Positions 1 to 16,161 of a stretch of 64,000 nucleotides of DNA are shown here, in pieces. A model generated the notes under the pieces. It was not told the DNA's origin. It saw only the letters and a program-made list of their open reading frames with translations, and did not search any database. Made by a program: the position numbers and the translations under genes. Every line of letters begins with the position of its first letter. Within the stretch, counting starts at the first letter, position 1. This DNA is from the human T2T-CHM13v2.0 reference genome, Homo sapiens: NCBI RefSeq assembly GCF_009914755.1, contig NC_060936.1. One strand, written 5' to 3'.

Positions 1-256
1 TATAAAAACATACAATGCCACCAAATGGTAAGAATAAGTAAGGAGAAGATACTGGTCCTCCCTATATTAATTTTATAAGTTATATAACCACTAAGAAATC
101 ACAATAAGCTTATTCTTAGAACAAAATAAAATGCCTAAAATGTATCAATAGAATAAACAGAAAAAATCCAAAAACATTCTAAAATAAGAAAGAGTATATG
201 TGTATATGGGGGAGGGATACAGAAAGAAGTCTTTCCAGATATTAAAATATACTACA

Positions 257-507
257 GGTCAGGCGCAGTGGCTCAAGCCTGTAATCCTAGCACTTTGGGA
301 AGCCAATATGGTGAAACCCTGTCTCTACAAAAAATACAAAAAAATTAGCCGGGCATGGTGGTGTGTGCCTGTAATCCCAGCTACTTGGGGCTAAGGCAGG
401 AGGATCACTTGAGCCCAGGAGGTTGAGGCTGTGGTGAGCTGAGATCCCACCACTGTACTCCAGTCTGGGTGACAGAGTGAGGCCCTGTCTCATAAACCAG
501 AAAAAAA
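257..507 (+). mobile_element. Alu with internal left-arm deletion
   Basis: Alu consensus jumps from cactttggga to gccaatatggtg. Confidence 0.9.
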
Positions 508-1535
508 TATATACTATAAAAAGAATATAATCTAGAGCATGCCTCCTTGGTGGTGGGGAAACAAATTATAGCTCAACGAAGAATGAGAAACTCCAGATAC
601 AGACCCTAATACTAAATAAAACAAATGATTTTAAAAAATCATCTATAAGGTGAAGAAAAATAAGAAATATTTTCATTAGTATTGTGTCACATAAATATAT
701 CGTTGATTTCAACAAGTGAAAATGTTAATTTATCATTTAGAAAACTGATAAGATTTCCTTAACTGATTAAGAAGAATCCTTTTATAATGAAAATATAATC
801 AACCAATAGGAGAGATACCTTAATCATCATCTCAACAGCACCAAAAAAGCAACAATACTTTCATTTCAAAACATGTTCAATTTTTTTTTGCAGAAACCTA
901 TTTTAGTTTACAGTACGTACTGAAATAACAGTCACGATCAACTTATGTCCTCAAGGTTATACCACAACACTTACAAAGAAAAGAAAATGAATTCTTCATC
1001 CTTTTACACGGAGAAATAAATGTGCTTCAGAGATCAGTAGGTACAGTGAACCACAAAGGAAAGGACACCCACTTTTATAATATAATGCAAGAAAAAAAAG
1101 CTGTTTATTTATACCTCTTAAAATTTGAAACAGAGAAAATAAAATGCTAATTATCCAGATGAATCTCAAAAATATCATTAAAATCGTATTTTCTAAAAAG
1201 AAGACATTGCTAATGTATCATTCTGTATTTCCAGAATTTTTGAAAATTCACTTCTCCTTAATGGATAACCTAAAATAACGTTTCGCAAAAAATTAAAATA
1301 AAATGTTTCACAGAATGCGAACAACTATATTACATATCTACATTGGGATAAAAATTAAAAAAGAGGAAATATTCACAGACTGCAATTTATGAATGCAAAG
1401 AAGTAACTTTCTTACAAGTGTCACGTGTCTTCATGAAAATTTTTAAATGGGCATTTACTCCACTTGATATGTATGTGTATTAACATATACCAACACACAT
1501 ATTCACAAGTATATTTGTATTTTTTAAATGATTAC

Positions 1536-1669
1536 CTCCATTGAGATCCGTCTATGTATACGATTTCTGAGACAAACACCTGTAGGTGACTGGACTTCAT
1601 CAGATGATGTCCCAGAAGCTTGGTCACTCTCACCATCTGATCCCATTTTTAGATTTTCATGAACAATAT
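1536..1669 (-). CDS. CDK17: CDK17 exon 4, (D)[44 protein letters not shown]
   Basis: Acceptor ttttgatatag|AT, donor GAG|gtaatc; 134 nt, cumulative CDS 417 nt = 139 codons; PCTAIRE-family [10 protein letters not shown] motif. Confidence 0.97.
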
Positions 1670-2420
1670 CTATATCAAAAAATGAGACATTAAAAGAGAT
1701 ACATTATATTCTAATATATAATTTATTATCACTATGGGTAAAATATAGAAGGCCAACGAGTAAAAATCACAGCATAAAAAGTCATTTACATTCTGGGTGC
1801 CACAGGTATGCAGTTAATAGATGAAAACATGACTCAAATGTCTTAAAATAGTATGAAATCTTTTTACACTTTCAAATTATGAAAAAAATTAACATTCAAG
1901 TTATTATCAAGGGTTGAGTAATAAAATTATAAACTGGAAATAATATCTCTGAGAATGAGCCAGTTCTTTCATTTTCTAGATCTGGGAACTGAGACTTGAA
2001 AGGTTAAATGACTTTCAAAAGTTCACAAAGCTTAGATGCAGAGCTGGAATAGACACCTGGTCATCTGCCTCTTATTTAGTATTCTTTCAATTAAATAATG
2101 TGTCACTGGGTCTATGGTTAAATGGAGCTAATTCTTGGAATATTCTTTAAAACACCTCTTAAAAGCTTCTAATGCAGTTTCTCCTCCCTGCACCCCCAAT
2201 GTTAAAAATAAAACAATAAAAAATTATTCACTGAATATCTATTTTGTACCAGAACTACAAAAACAAGTTTATGATCTTCAAATACTCAAAAATCTGTTCA
2301 GAGCAAAAACATACTACAAAAAAGGTGGGTTATGGCATGCTTAATAGAGATAAAAGTTAAATGGAAGTAGGGGGAGGAAGATAAATTCCATTTGAAAATA
2401 TTAAAAACAGACATATACTG

Positions 2421-2830
2421 TTTTGTTTTTGAGACAAGGTCTTGCTCTGTTGGCCAAGCTGGAGTGCAGTGACACAACCATGGCTCACTGCAGCCTCTAC
2501 TTCCCAGGCTCAAGCAATCCTCCTGCCTCCCAAGTAGCTGGGAGTACAGGCACCCATCACATCTGGTGTTTTGTTTTGTTTTATTTTATTTTATTTTTTT
2601 TGTAGAGACAAGGTTTTGCCTTGTTGTTCAGGCTCATCTTGAACTTGTAGCCATTTATGCCTAGTGTTCCATTATTGGAAGCTAAGCATGTGGGAGCTAC
2701 TTATATCCTACTGCTCAAGGTCATCACCAAGGTCTGATTGCAAAAATTCAAAAAACTGCAACTTCAGGAATCCACCCACCTTGGCCTCTCAAAGTGATGG
2801 GATTACAGGCATGAGCCACCACATCTGGCC
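2421..2830 (-). mobile_element. AluJ-like, split by MER85
   Basis: Antisense Alu sequence on both sides of 2651-2768. Confidence 0.88.
2651..2768 (+). mobile_element. MER85 (piggyBac/PGBD3-derived MITE) nested in an Alu, 3' TIR incomplete
   Basis: CCATTTATGCCTAGTGTTCCATTATTGGAA...CAAGGTCTGATTGCAAAAATTCAAAAAA matches recalled MER85 consensus. Confidence 0.85.
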
Positions 2831-4156
2831 AAGTTGTATACTCATATACCTGCATTTGTCAGTCATTATCTAATAACCCAGCAAGAAGAGTGTACTAGGA
2901 AACAAATGCTGGATCTCTAGAACTCCTCTCTTGCCACTATTACTTTCTATACACGTATTCATTTTCCAGAAAGAAGCATGTTGTTTCATGCTGCAGTGCT
3001 TTAACACACTTTTTTTCTCGTTTTTAAAAGATGCCTTTTCCTATTTTATCAACTTTGTGAGATCAGGCTTAGTCTTCAAACTATGCTCATGTGTCATCAC
3101 TCAGTGAAGTCTTTTCTAATCTCAGACACAGTTGACTACTGTGCCCCCACCCACTGCACTGAAGAACATTTTTTGGTGCATGTGATTTTATAAGATCCTT
3201 GGGGATGGGATTTAGCTTGTTCACTTTTCTATTTCCAGAACTTAACCAACTGTCTGGCACTCAGAAGGTGCTTAACAAGTATTCAAGGGAACTGCATATT
3301 AACTAACAATCAAGGAATGGCCTAGATAACTAGATCTCTTTTTCAAATAAAGTTATATAAAATATCAATGTGTGAGACAATTGTATTTTATAAGTATAAA
3401 TGTTAACTTTTAATAATATTTACATATAAAATCATGAGGACTGCTTAGATTAAGGAGAAATTTGAACTCAAGGGTCTTATATCAACTCTATCTTAAAACT
3501 CACTTTATGTCTGTATTTTTGTCTTGGTTAACTCAATATTAAGAAAACTCCAATTAATATTCATAAGCAGTTGCAAATGGTAATGGATTTTTAATAGCTC
3601 AATATGTAATCTAAGAATACACTTCAGTTATGTTGAGATTTCCATAGAAATTTTATGGTGATATGTGAACAAAAAATTAATTTGGCAGCAAAAGTAATGT
3701 ATTGGTGATTGATTCCTAACCTCTTAAAATTTGGTATATAACACATCTAAGGTCCTGTATTCATTTCTGTCACACCTTCAAAATGTTAAAAATAATTTAA
3801 TCATGGCTTCCATTTCTAGTGAGATATGAAAATCTCCCTTTCCTCAAGAAAATGTTGACTAAAATACAATATTTTAAAATGCACAGCTAAATGTGCAAGA
3901 ATGTATTGGTAATACCTAGGAAGCAAAAACAAAGAGAGGACTGAAAACCCAAAGCTGTTATACATAAATTGACTCTATCAGTGTCTTAGGAGAGGCTGCT
4001 GATGTTGATGAGAAGGTCCCTGGGTTTACCTTCCACATTGGGATAAAAAATGAAGCCCTGGGTTTCTGAGTTACAAGTGAGACCTTCCCACAGAAAGGCT
4101 CAACTCCCAAAGTGCTACACTTTTGAGACTTACAGGGTACATTTAAAAAAAAAATC

Positions 4157-5064
4157 AGAGGGAGGAGCCAAGATGGCCGAATAGGAACAGCTCCGGTCTA
4201 CAGCTCCCAGCGTGAGCGACGCAGAAGACGGGTGATTTCTGCATTTCCATCTGAGGTACCGGGTTCATCTCATTAGGGAGTGCCAGACAGTGGGCGCAGG
4301 CCAGTGTGTGTGCGCACCGTGCACTAGCCGAAGCAGGGCGAGGCATTGCCTCACCTGGGAAGCGCAAGGGGTCAGGGAGTTCTCTTTCCGAGTCAAAGAA
4401 AGGGGTGACGGACGCACCTGGAAAATCGGGTCACTCCCACCCGAATATTGCGCTTGTCAGACCGGCTTAAAAAACGGCGCACCACGAGACTATATCCCAC
4501 ACCTGGCTCGGAGGGTCCTACGCCCACGGAGTCTTGCTGATTGCTAGCACAGCAGTCTGAGATCAAACCGCAAGGCGGCAGCGAGGCTGGGGGAGGGGCG
4601 CCCGCCATTGCCCAGGCTTGCTTAGGTAAACAAAGCAGCCGGGAAGCTCAAACTGGGTGGAGCCCACCACAGCTCAAGGAGGCCTGCCTGCCTTTGTAGG
4701 CTCCACCTCTGGGGGCAGGGCACAGACAAACAAAAAGACAGCAGGAACCTCTGCAGACTTAAATGTCCCTGTCTGACAGCTTTGAAGAGAGCAGTGGTTC
4801 TCCCAGCACGCAGCTGGAGATCTGAGAACGGGCAGACTGCCTCCTCAAGTGGGTCCCTGACCCCCTGACCCCCGAGCAGCCTAACTGTGAGGCACCCCCC
4901 AGCAGGGGCACACTGACACCTCACACGGCAGGGTATTCCAACAGACCTGCAGCTGAGGGTCCTGTCTGTTAGAAGGAAAACTAACAAACAGAAAGGACAT
5001 CCACACCGAAAACCCATCTGTACATCACCATCATCAAAGACCAAAAGTAGATAAAACCACAAAG
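4157..5064. promoter_or_regulatory. L1 5'UTR: CpG-rich bidirectional promoter (sense promoter with YY1 site; antisense promoter pointing in CDK17 sense direction)
   Basis: YY1 motif CAAGATGGCCG at 4169-4179; only clearly CpG-dense segment seen in the window; antisense promoter is established for young L1PA 5'UTRs. Confidence 0.8.
4393..4608 (-). CDS. ORF0: L1 ORF0 (71 aa antisense ORF), intact
   Basis: ORF track MAGAPPPASLPPCGLISDCC...RHPFL; Kozak GCAATGG; donors CCAG|GTGTGG (4503/4502) and CCAG|GTGCGT (4418/4417) present. Confidence 0.9.
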   Translation of the reverse strand: MAGAPPPASLPPCGLISDCCASNQQDSVGVGPSEPGVGYSLVVRRFLSRSDKRNIRVGVTRFSRCVRHPFL

Positions 5065-6072
5065 ATGGGGAAAAAACAGAACAGAAAAACTGGAAACTCT
5101 AAAACGCAGAGTGCCTCTCCTCCTCCAAAGGAACACAGTTCCTCACCAGCAACGGAACAAAGCTGGATGGAGAATGACTTTGACGAGCTGAGAGAAGAAG
5201 GCTTCAGACGATCAAATTACTCTGAGCTACGGGAGGACATTCAAACCAAAGGCAAAGAAGTTGAAAACTTTGAAAAAAATTTAGAAGAATGTATAACTAG
5301 AATAACCAATACAGAGAAGTGCTTAAAGGAGCTGATGGAGCTGAAAACCAAGGCTCGAGAACTACATGAAGAATGCAGAAGCCTCAGGAGCCGATGCGAT
5401 CAACTGGAAGAAAGGGTATCAGCGATCGAAGATGAAATGAAGTGAGAAGGGAAGTTTAGAGAAAAAAGAATAAAAAGAAATGAGCAAAGCCTCCAAGAAA
5501 TATGGGACTATGTGAAAAGACCAAATCTACGTCTGATTGGTGTACCTGAAAGTGATGCGGAGAATGGAACCAAGTTGGAAAACACTCTGCAGGATATTAT
5601 CCAGGAGAACTTCCCCAATCTAGCAAGGCAGGCCAACGTTCAGATTCAGGAAATACAGAGAATGCCACAAAGATACTCCTCGAGAAGAGCAACTCCAAGA
5701 CACATAATTGTCAGATTCACCAAAGTTGAAATGAAGGAAAAAATGTTAAGGGCAGCCAGAGAGAAAGGTCGGGTTACCCTCAAAGGGAAGCCCATCAGAC
5801 TAACAGTGGATCTCTCGGCAGAAACCCTACAAGCCAGAAGAGAGTGGGGGCCAATATTCAACATTCTTAAAGAAAAGAATTTTCAACCCAGAATTTCACA
5901 TCCAGCCAAACTAAGCTTCATAAGTGAAGGAGAAATAAAATACTTTACAGACAAGCAAATGCTGAGAGATTTTGTCACCACCAGGCCTGCCCTAAAAGAG
6001 CTCCTGAAGGAAGTGCTAAACATGGAAAGGAACAACTGGTACCAGCCGCTGCAAAATCATGCCAAAATGTAA
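5065..6072 (+). pseudogene. L1 ORF1p, disrupted by a 9-nt in-frame deletion and CGA>TGA stop at 5443-5445
   Basis: ORFs 5065..5445 and 5512..6072 in the same frame; span 1008 nt vs 1017 consensus. Confidence 0.93.
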
Positions 6073-6135
6073 AGACCATCGAGACTAGGAAGAAACTGCA
6101 TCAACTAATGAGCAAAATCACCACCTAACATCATA

Positions 6136-9969
<3,834 letters not shown>

Positions 9970-10559
9970 ACAATGAGATCACATGGACACATGAAGGGGA
10001 ATATCACACTCTGGGGACTGTGGTGGGGTGGGGGGAGGGGGGAGGGATAGCATTGGGAGATATACCTAAGGCTAGATGACGAGTTAGTGGGTGCAGCGCA
10101 CCAGCATGGCACATGTATACATATGTAACTAACCTGCACAATGTGCACATGTACCCTAAAACTTAAAGTATAATAAAAAAAAAAAATTCACACTTAAAAA
10201 AAAATCTGTCCTGTTGCACAAGGAATTGGACGACAAAGAAAGCTTACTAATCTCAGACTATGAATAAATACTTGAGTACCATCTGACCCAAACAAGAAAT
10301 TACTCACGTCATTAACAAACAAGTGTAGTTCTGACATGACTACCAGTCGGTATTTTCATTTCCATCAAGACAAACGTGAAACAATGATGGCTTGTCAGAA
10401 CTTTACTCATCTGTCAAGGGGGGAAGAGGGATATCTCTCTGCTGATCAGGTAATGTAACAGCGGCAGATACAACATACTTTTCTCCTCCAGCACAATACC
10501 CTTTAAATTTAATCTGCGTTACTAACATTTTCAATACACTGTCTTAGTTCTAGAACAAG

Positions 10560-10738
10560 GGTCTAGAACAAGTGTGGCTTCTTTTTATATGGCCCATGAG
10601 CTAAAAATGTTTTTTGTATTTTTAAAGGATTATTAAACAGAGAAGAATATGCAATGGAGACTGTATGCCCATAAAACCTAAAATATTTATTACTAACTGC
10701 CCCCTTACAAAAAAAAACAAAACAAACCCTGGTCTAGA
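10560..10738. mobile_element. MER58-like hAT-Charlie fragment
   Basis: ggcccatgagctaaaaatg...aaacctaaaatattta...ccctggtctaga. Confidence 0.6.
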
Positions 10739-10756
10739 CAAACAAGAAAACAATAA

Positions 10757-11123
10757 GCCAGGGCCTGATCTGTAGTGTTTTCTGACTTCTCTCTCCATGG
10801 ACAACTTCAGGCTACCAACATGACAACACTGAACATATGGTTGGGAAGAAATGTGCAGTAGCATACCATTATATAGTGTTTTTGACTATAACTAGAACAG
10901 AAAAAAATAACGCCGGTGGCATAGATAATAGTTAAAAGTGGTAAAAAATTAGGAAGCAATGACTTTTGCATATTCATTACCTTTGTTTTTAATTTAGTTT
11001 ACCTATTTGTAAACTTATATAATTTAAAATTTAATAGCTATGTTTAACAACCAGTTTGCAAAGTTCCTGAAACTTTAACAATCATCTCTTATGAACTAGT
11101 GTGAGCCAACTCCAGCATACCAT
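10757..11123 (-). mobile_element. MER63-like hAT-Blackjack element
   Basis: tgtttaacaaccagtttgcaaagttcctgaaa...gagccaactccagcatacca resembles reverse of MER63 5' end. Confidence 0.7.
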
Positions 11124-11355
11124 TCTGTAGAGACACACCTACAGAGATAAAGGCTATATGCAGTTCTCACAGAAAAAATCTCACTGTAGATAAGCTCATA
11201 CTCCCAAAATTAAAGAAACACATTTGGAAATAATATACTATTCCAAGAGTAAGCACATAAAACGAGCAGTAGAATAAAACCCCTAGGAGCTTCAGTAAAT
11301 ATAATTATCTAAGAAGACTATAAAATAGTTGTACTTGAAGTGATTTTAAAAATCA

Positions 11356-11700
<345 letters not shown>

Positions 11701-12162
11701 ACATAAGGCATCATCAAAAAAGGCCAGAGGAATAAACAGAAACTTGCAATTCTTTTTTCTTGGATATTTAAAGACATAATGACAGAAGAAGAAACAATTC
11801 AGGTGATAACCACATATACTATTCATTACAATAGGCTTTATATGGTGATGATCTGAAAAGTTACTGAGGCATTACCCTAAAATAAACACCATCCCAAACT
11901 GCCATTCATCTTGAAATACTGCATCCATTTATTATGGGTTTCATTTCCCTCCTGATGGACAGGTTTTTCAAATATTACTTCCCTGTATTGTCAGCACTAC
12001 TACCTCTCTAGAACTTTCCATCCTTCTGCTATTCCTCTTGATCTCAACTTGATTTTTATCTGACAGAAGAAACGAGATAATAAAAGTTGCTTAATTAAAA
12101 CTTAACTATGTGCATGACGTATAATCAGAAAGGTAAACACAACAGACAAGTAATCAAATTAC

Positions 12163-12327
12163 CTAATCTGCTTCCATTTCTGGGCATTGCCATGAAGGAG
12201 CCAAGGCTCCCTCCAATAACACTGTGTGGTCTCCGCAATGGGGGCTTCTTGAAAGATCCTGTGTACTGGTGGAGGAAGGAATGCATACTGTGAGACGTTG
12301 GAGGCCTGCCATTCTTCACAATAGGCT
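12163..12327 (-). CDS. CDK17: CDK17 exon 3, (E)PIVKNGRPPTSHSMHSFLHQYTGSFKKPPLRRPHSVIGGSLGSFMAMPRNGSRL(D)
   Basis: ORF track 12125..12319; acceptor ccacag|AG, donor TTAG|gtaatt; 165 nt, phase 1-1, in frame with exons 2 and 4. Confidence 0.97.
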
Positions 12328-12686
12328 CTGTGGTTCATAGAATTCGAAAATCATTCCATCATCAGTCCAAGATCCAGGATCACATGAGAAGGATTCAGAA
12401 AGCAAAACAAAAAGTTGTAACAGAGATTAGTACATTTAGCCTCATTGCTTTGCTTAACTATACACAGTATTAAAATTAAAATAGTTTCTCTGAAAAAATA
12501 CTTAAGAAAATACTTGAATATTTTAAGTTGGTCTAATAACCATCTATTTCTTATATAATCAAAAGTGGCTAAGAACCACAAAACTACTAATATACCCAAC
12601 CAAATTTTCATCCATTTGTTTATTTTAGTGTATCTCAAGATTGTTTCCATACCACTCCTCCATTTATTGACTACCTGTGTGCCTTA

Positions 12687-13001
<315 letters not shown>

Positions 13002-13441
13002 ATTAAGCATGCTTTAGAATATAAAAGACATGGTCCCGGCCTAAAGGAATTTACATCCCTGTTTGCTGGACATTCAAAATGGTATGTCAATTAGTGAATA
13101 AAACCGAAGTACCTAAATACATATCAATACAGAGGCTCCAAGTTTATTCCCCTGAATTTGGGATTAATATAAAGAGTTTTTAAACAATCACAGACCCATA
13201 ACCAAGCAGAAACATTAAAAAAATATAATACTTAAAAGCTATTTAATTATGCATGGGGGAGAAACTGTTTTGTAATGTTTATCAGGAATCTCTTGACTCC
13301 TTTCCACCTCCAAAGAAGAGCTCTGATACAGGTTAAAGATACAAGTCTTGTGATACACAATTAGTCTTCTATATTAGAATTTTGTTTTTACTGATAGCAG
13401 CCAAGGAGTTTTAAAAAGAACTGGGCTGCTCTGAATACCTT

Positions 13442-13591
13442 CTTTTTAAAATGAAGCCAACTATTCTTCTGTAGCTAACAATCAGGCATAAGGATACCTC
13501 CTGATCAGGGGATTCCTTTTTAAAATGAAGCCAACTATTCTTCTGCAGTTAACAATCAGGCATAAGGATACCTCCTGATCAGGGGATTCCT
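13442..13591. repeat. 74-bp tandem duplication, 2 copies, 2 mismatches
   Basis: 13442-13515 vs 13516-13589. Confidence 0.95.
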
Positions 13592-14091
13592 CTACCTGTT
13601 TCTCAACTAAGGTTTCTCAACTAAGGACAGGTTGACAGGAGTTGGCTACAAGCCTTAAAGTGAAAGGCTTCTCTCACAAGAAAATCTTAGGATCCGCAGA
13701 ACAGGACCAGGGTATGGGCTCCAGAGAAATGGGCCAAGAAGGCCATGTGGCCTGAGCCTCTACGAATACTGGTTGCCTAAAAGGGTATAAGAAGGATGGG
13801 GCATAAGGGCCCAAAGGCTCACCCAAGGTCCAAGCTATCTAATCTGGGTCAAAGACAGACTGGAGGTAGGGGCAAATGCCTACCTAGTAATACAGAACAT
13901 GTGTCTAAAGTTTCCTGTGATCTGTACATTCCCTGGCAGTACCTAACTGATAAAGAATTTGGGGATCTTAAGTGAAGCAAAATAATCAATGATTTAATAA
14001 TGAATGAAGAGGGGCTATCTGATATAAATGCATAAATAATTACAAACAATGTGGGATAATACAGGCTACAGCATACAATAAGATTTTTCTC

Positions 14092-14258
14092 AGCCAAGCA
14101 TGATGGCATGCACCTGTAGTCCCAGCTACTCAGGAGGCTAGAGTGGGAGGATCACTTGTGCCCAGGAGTTTGCGGCTGCAGTGAGCTAAGATAATGCCAC
14201 TGCATTCCAGCCTGGGTGGCAAAGTAATACCCTGTCTCAAGAAAGAGAAAAGAAAAAT
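14092..14258 (+). mobile_element. Alu right monomer (FRAM/AluJ-like)
   Basis: Single arm with A-rich tail, flanked by aagattttt. Confidence 0.85.
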
Positions 14259-14439
14259 GAAGATTTTTTTCTCTTTCTAGGTTATTTCACATGTGAAATA
14301 TCACAACATTCAAATATTAAAAACAAATTATGCAAATCTTTTGCCTACAGACAACATTTTAGTTGCTCTGTAAAGCTGTCCTGGAGAATACAGCTTGATT
14401 GTTCTGGAGAATATAGAAAAAAAATGGGGATCATAAGGA

Positions 14440-15670
14440 CATACTATTTGATAAACACTATTCTAGGCACTGGGCATCAACTGGTGAACAAAACAAAGTA
14501 CTGATCTCAGAGTGCATAAAACCTAACAGGGAAAAGACACACACACGAAGTCAGGTAATGACAGGCGATATGCAAAAGACTAAAATAGAGGGATGTGGAA
14601 ATGAGTAGCTAGTTATTTTACACTGTATATTGAGGAAAGTTCTCTCTGCTGAGATATTTTTAACAGAAATTTAAATGCAAGAAAGAGCCAGTCAGGGAAG
14701 ATGGTTAAGTTGTGGATAACAGGATATTCCAGATAGAGAAAAAAGCTAATGAAAAGCCGACATATGGCAGAGTTCGACTTGTTAGAACAGTGGTCCTCAA
14801 ACTTTAACATGCTTCAGAATCATCAAGGATCTGTAAAACATGAGATTGCTCGGTCTCACCCACAGACTTCCTGGTTCAGTAGGTCTGGTGTGGAATCTAA
14901 AAATATGTGTTTCTAACAAATTCCCAGGTCCTGCTGACATTGCTGGTCCAGGGATCACACTTTGAGAACCACTGTGTTAGAGGACTAGAAAGAAGGCAAG
15001 TGTAGCTATAGTACCTAACCGTGCGGGCAACAGTGGTACCAGGTGAGACCACAGAGGTAAGGAGGGAACAAGTCATTCAACACTTTATACTTCACCATAA
15101 AAGTTTGAATTTTATTCTCAGATTGGAAGCAGTTACGGTAGCTTTGAAGCAGGAGAGTGATATGATCTGATTCATGTTTCAAAAATATCACTGTGAAGGG
15201 TTAAAGATAGTAGGAGGTAAGGGGGTAGGGAAGACTACAAAAGGTAACACGAGAGATCTATTGTCATGATGAAACAGTTCTTAATCTTGATTGCAGTGGT
15301 TATACGAATCAACACAGGTGAGGACATGACACAGAACTATATTTAGACTTTATTCCAGTATCTATTTCCTGGGTTCTATAGTTACATAAGATGGAACCAA
15401 TGGTGGGGGGATTGGGAGAAGGGTACAAGTATGGGTCCTTTCTATATAATCTTTGTAACTTCCTTTATATTTGTAATTACTGAAAATAATTTTTTAAGAT
15501 ATCATCTTGGTTGCTGTTTGAAAAACAGGCAATAGGGAATCAACAGCAAAAGGAGGAGATTACTACAGTACCCTAAGTAACAAATGTTGGTGGCTTAGAC
15601 TAGGGTGGCTGTACTGAAGATGGAGGGAAGCAGGCAGATTTAGGACATATTACAAAGGCAGAAGCAACAG
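14440..15670 (+). mobile_element. L2 fragments interrupted by MER5A and an L1M 3' fragment
   Basis: Diverged L2-type motifs (ctaggcactgg, tttgaattttattct, tggcttagactaggg). Confidence 0.55.
14788..14975. mobile_element. MER5A (hAT-Charlie)
   Basis: cagtggtcctcaaactt...cacactttgagaaccactg terminal inverted repeats. Confidence 0.85.
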
Positions 15671-15761
15671 GCCAGCAGACACGACTGCTAAATTAGTTTC
15701 ACACACACTCCTACCACCCAGCTTTTAGTCAGCATTTATAGTAAAAACATCTATTCAAATA

Positions 15762-16061
15762 TTTTTTTTTTCTTTTTTTCCAGGCAGGGTCTTGCTCTGT
15801 TGCACAGGCTGAAGTGCAGTGGTGCAGTCACAGCTCACTGCAGCCTCAACCACCTGGGCTCATGTGGTCCTCCCACTTCATCCTCCCCACCATAGCTGGG
15901 ACTACAGGCACACACCATCACACCTGGCTAATTTGTGTCTTTTTGGTAGAGATGGGGTTTTGCTATGTTTCCCAGCTAGTCTCAAACTCCTGGGCTCAAG
16001 TGATCCTCCTCACCTCAGCCTCCCAAAGCACTGGGATTACAATGAGCCACCATGCCTAGCC
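15762..16061 (-). mobile_element. AluJ-like
   Basis: Antisense Alu with T-tract. Confidence 0.9.
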
Positions 16062-16161
16062 CCAAAATATTTTTAAATCTTTACCAGATCAACTGTTAAA
16101 CATATATGAAATATGATGTGTTAATGGACTATAACTGGAATTGTGTATCAGTCACATTGAT

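Noticed and set aside
996-1178. Minus-strand ORF containing LFQILRGI, resembling the CDK alpha-E motif (LYQILRGL)
   Set aside because: Flanking residues do not match a kinase, sequence is AT-rich intron, and the true exon with this motif lies several exons downstream; most likely chance
4622-5062. 146-aa antisense ORF in the L1 5'UTR
   Set aside because: Generic open frame in young L1 5'UTRs with a non-ATG start; nothing locus-specific
10327-10402. 10-bp inverted repeat agttctgaca / tgtcagaact as a structured RNA
   Set aside because: Short arms; probably part of an old DNA transposon I cannot name reliably
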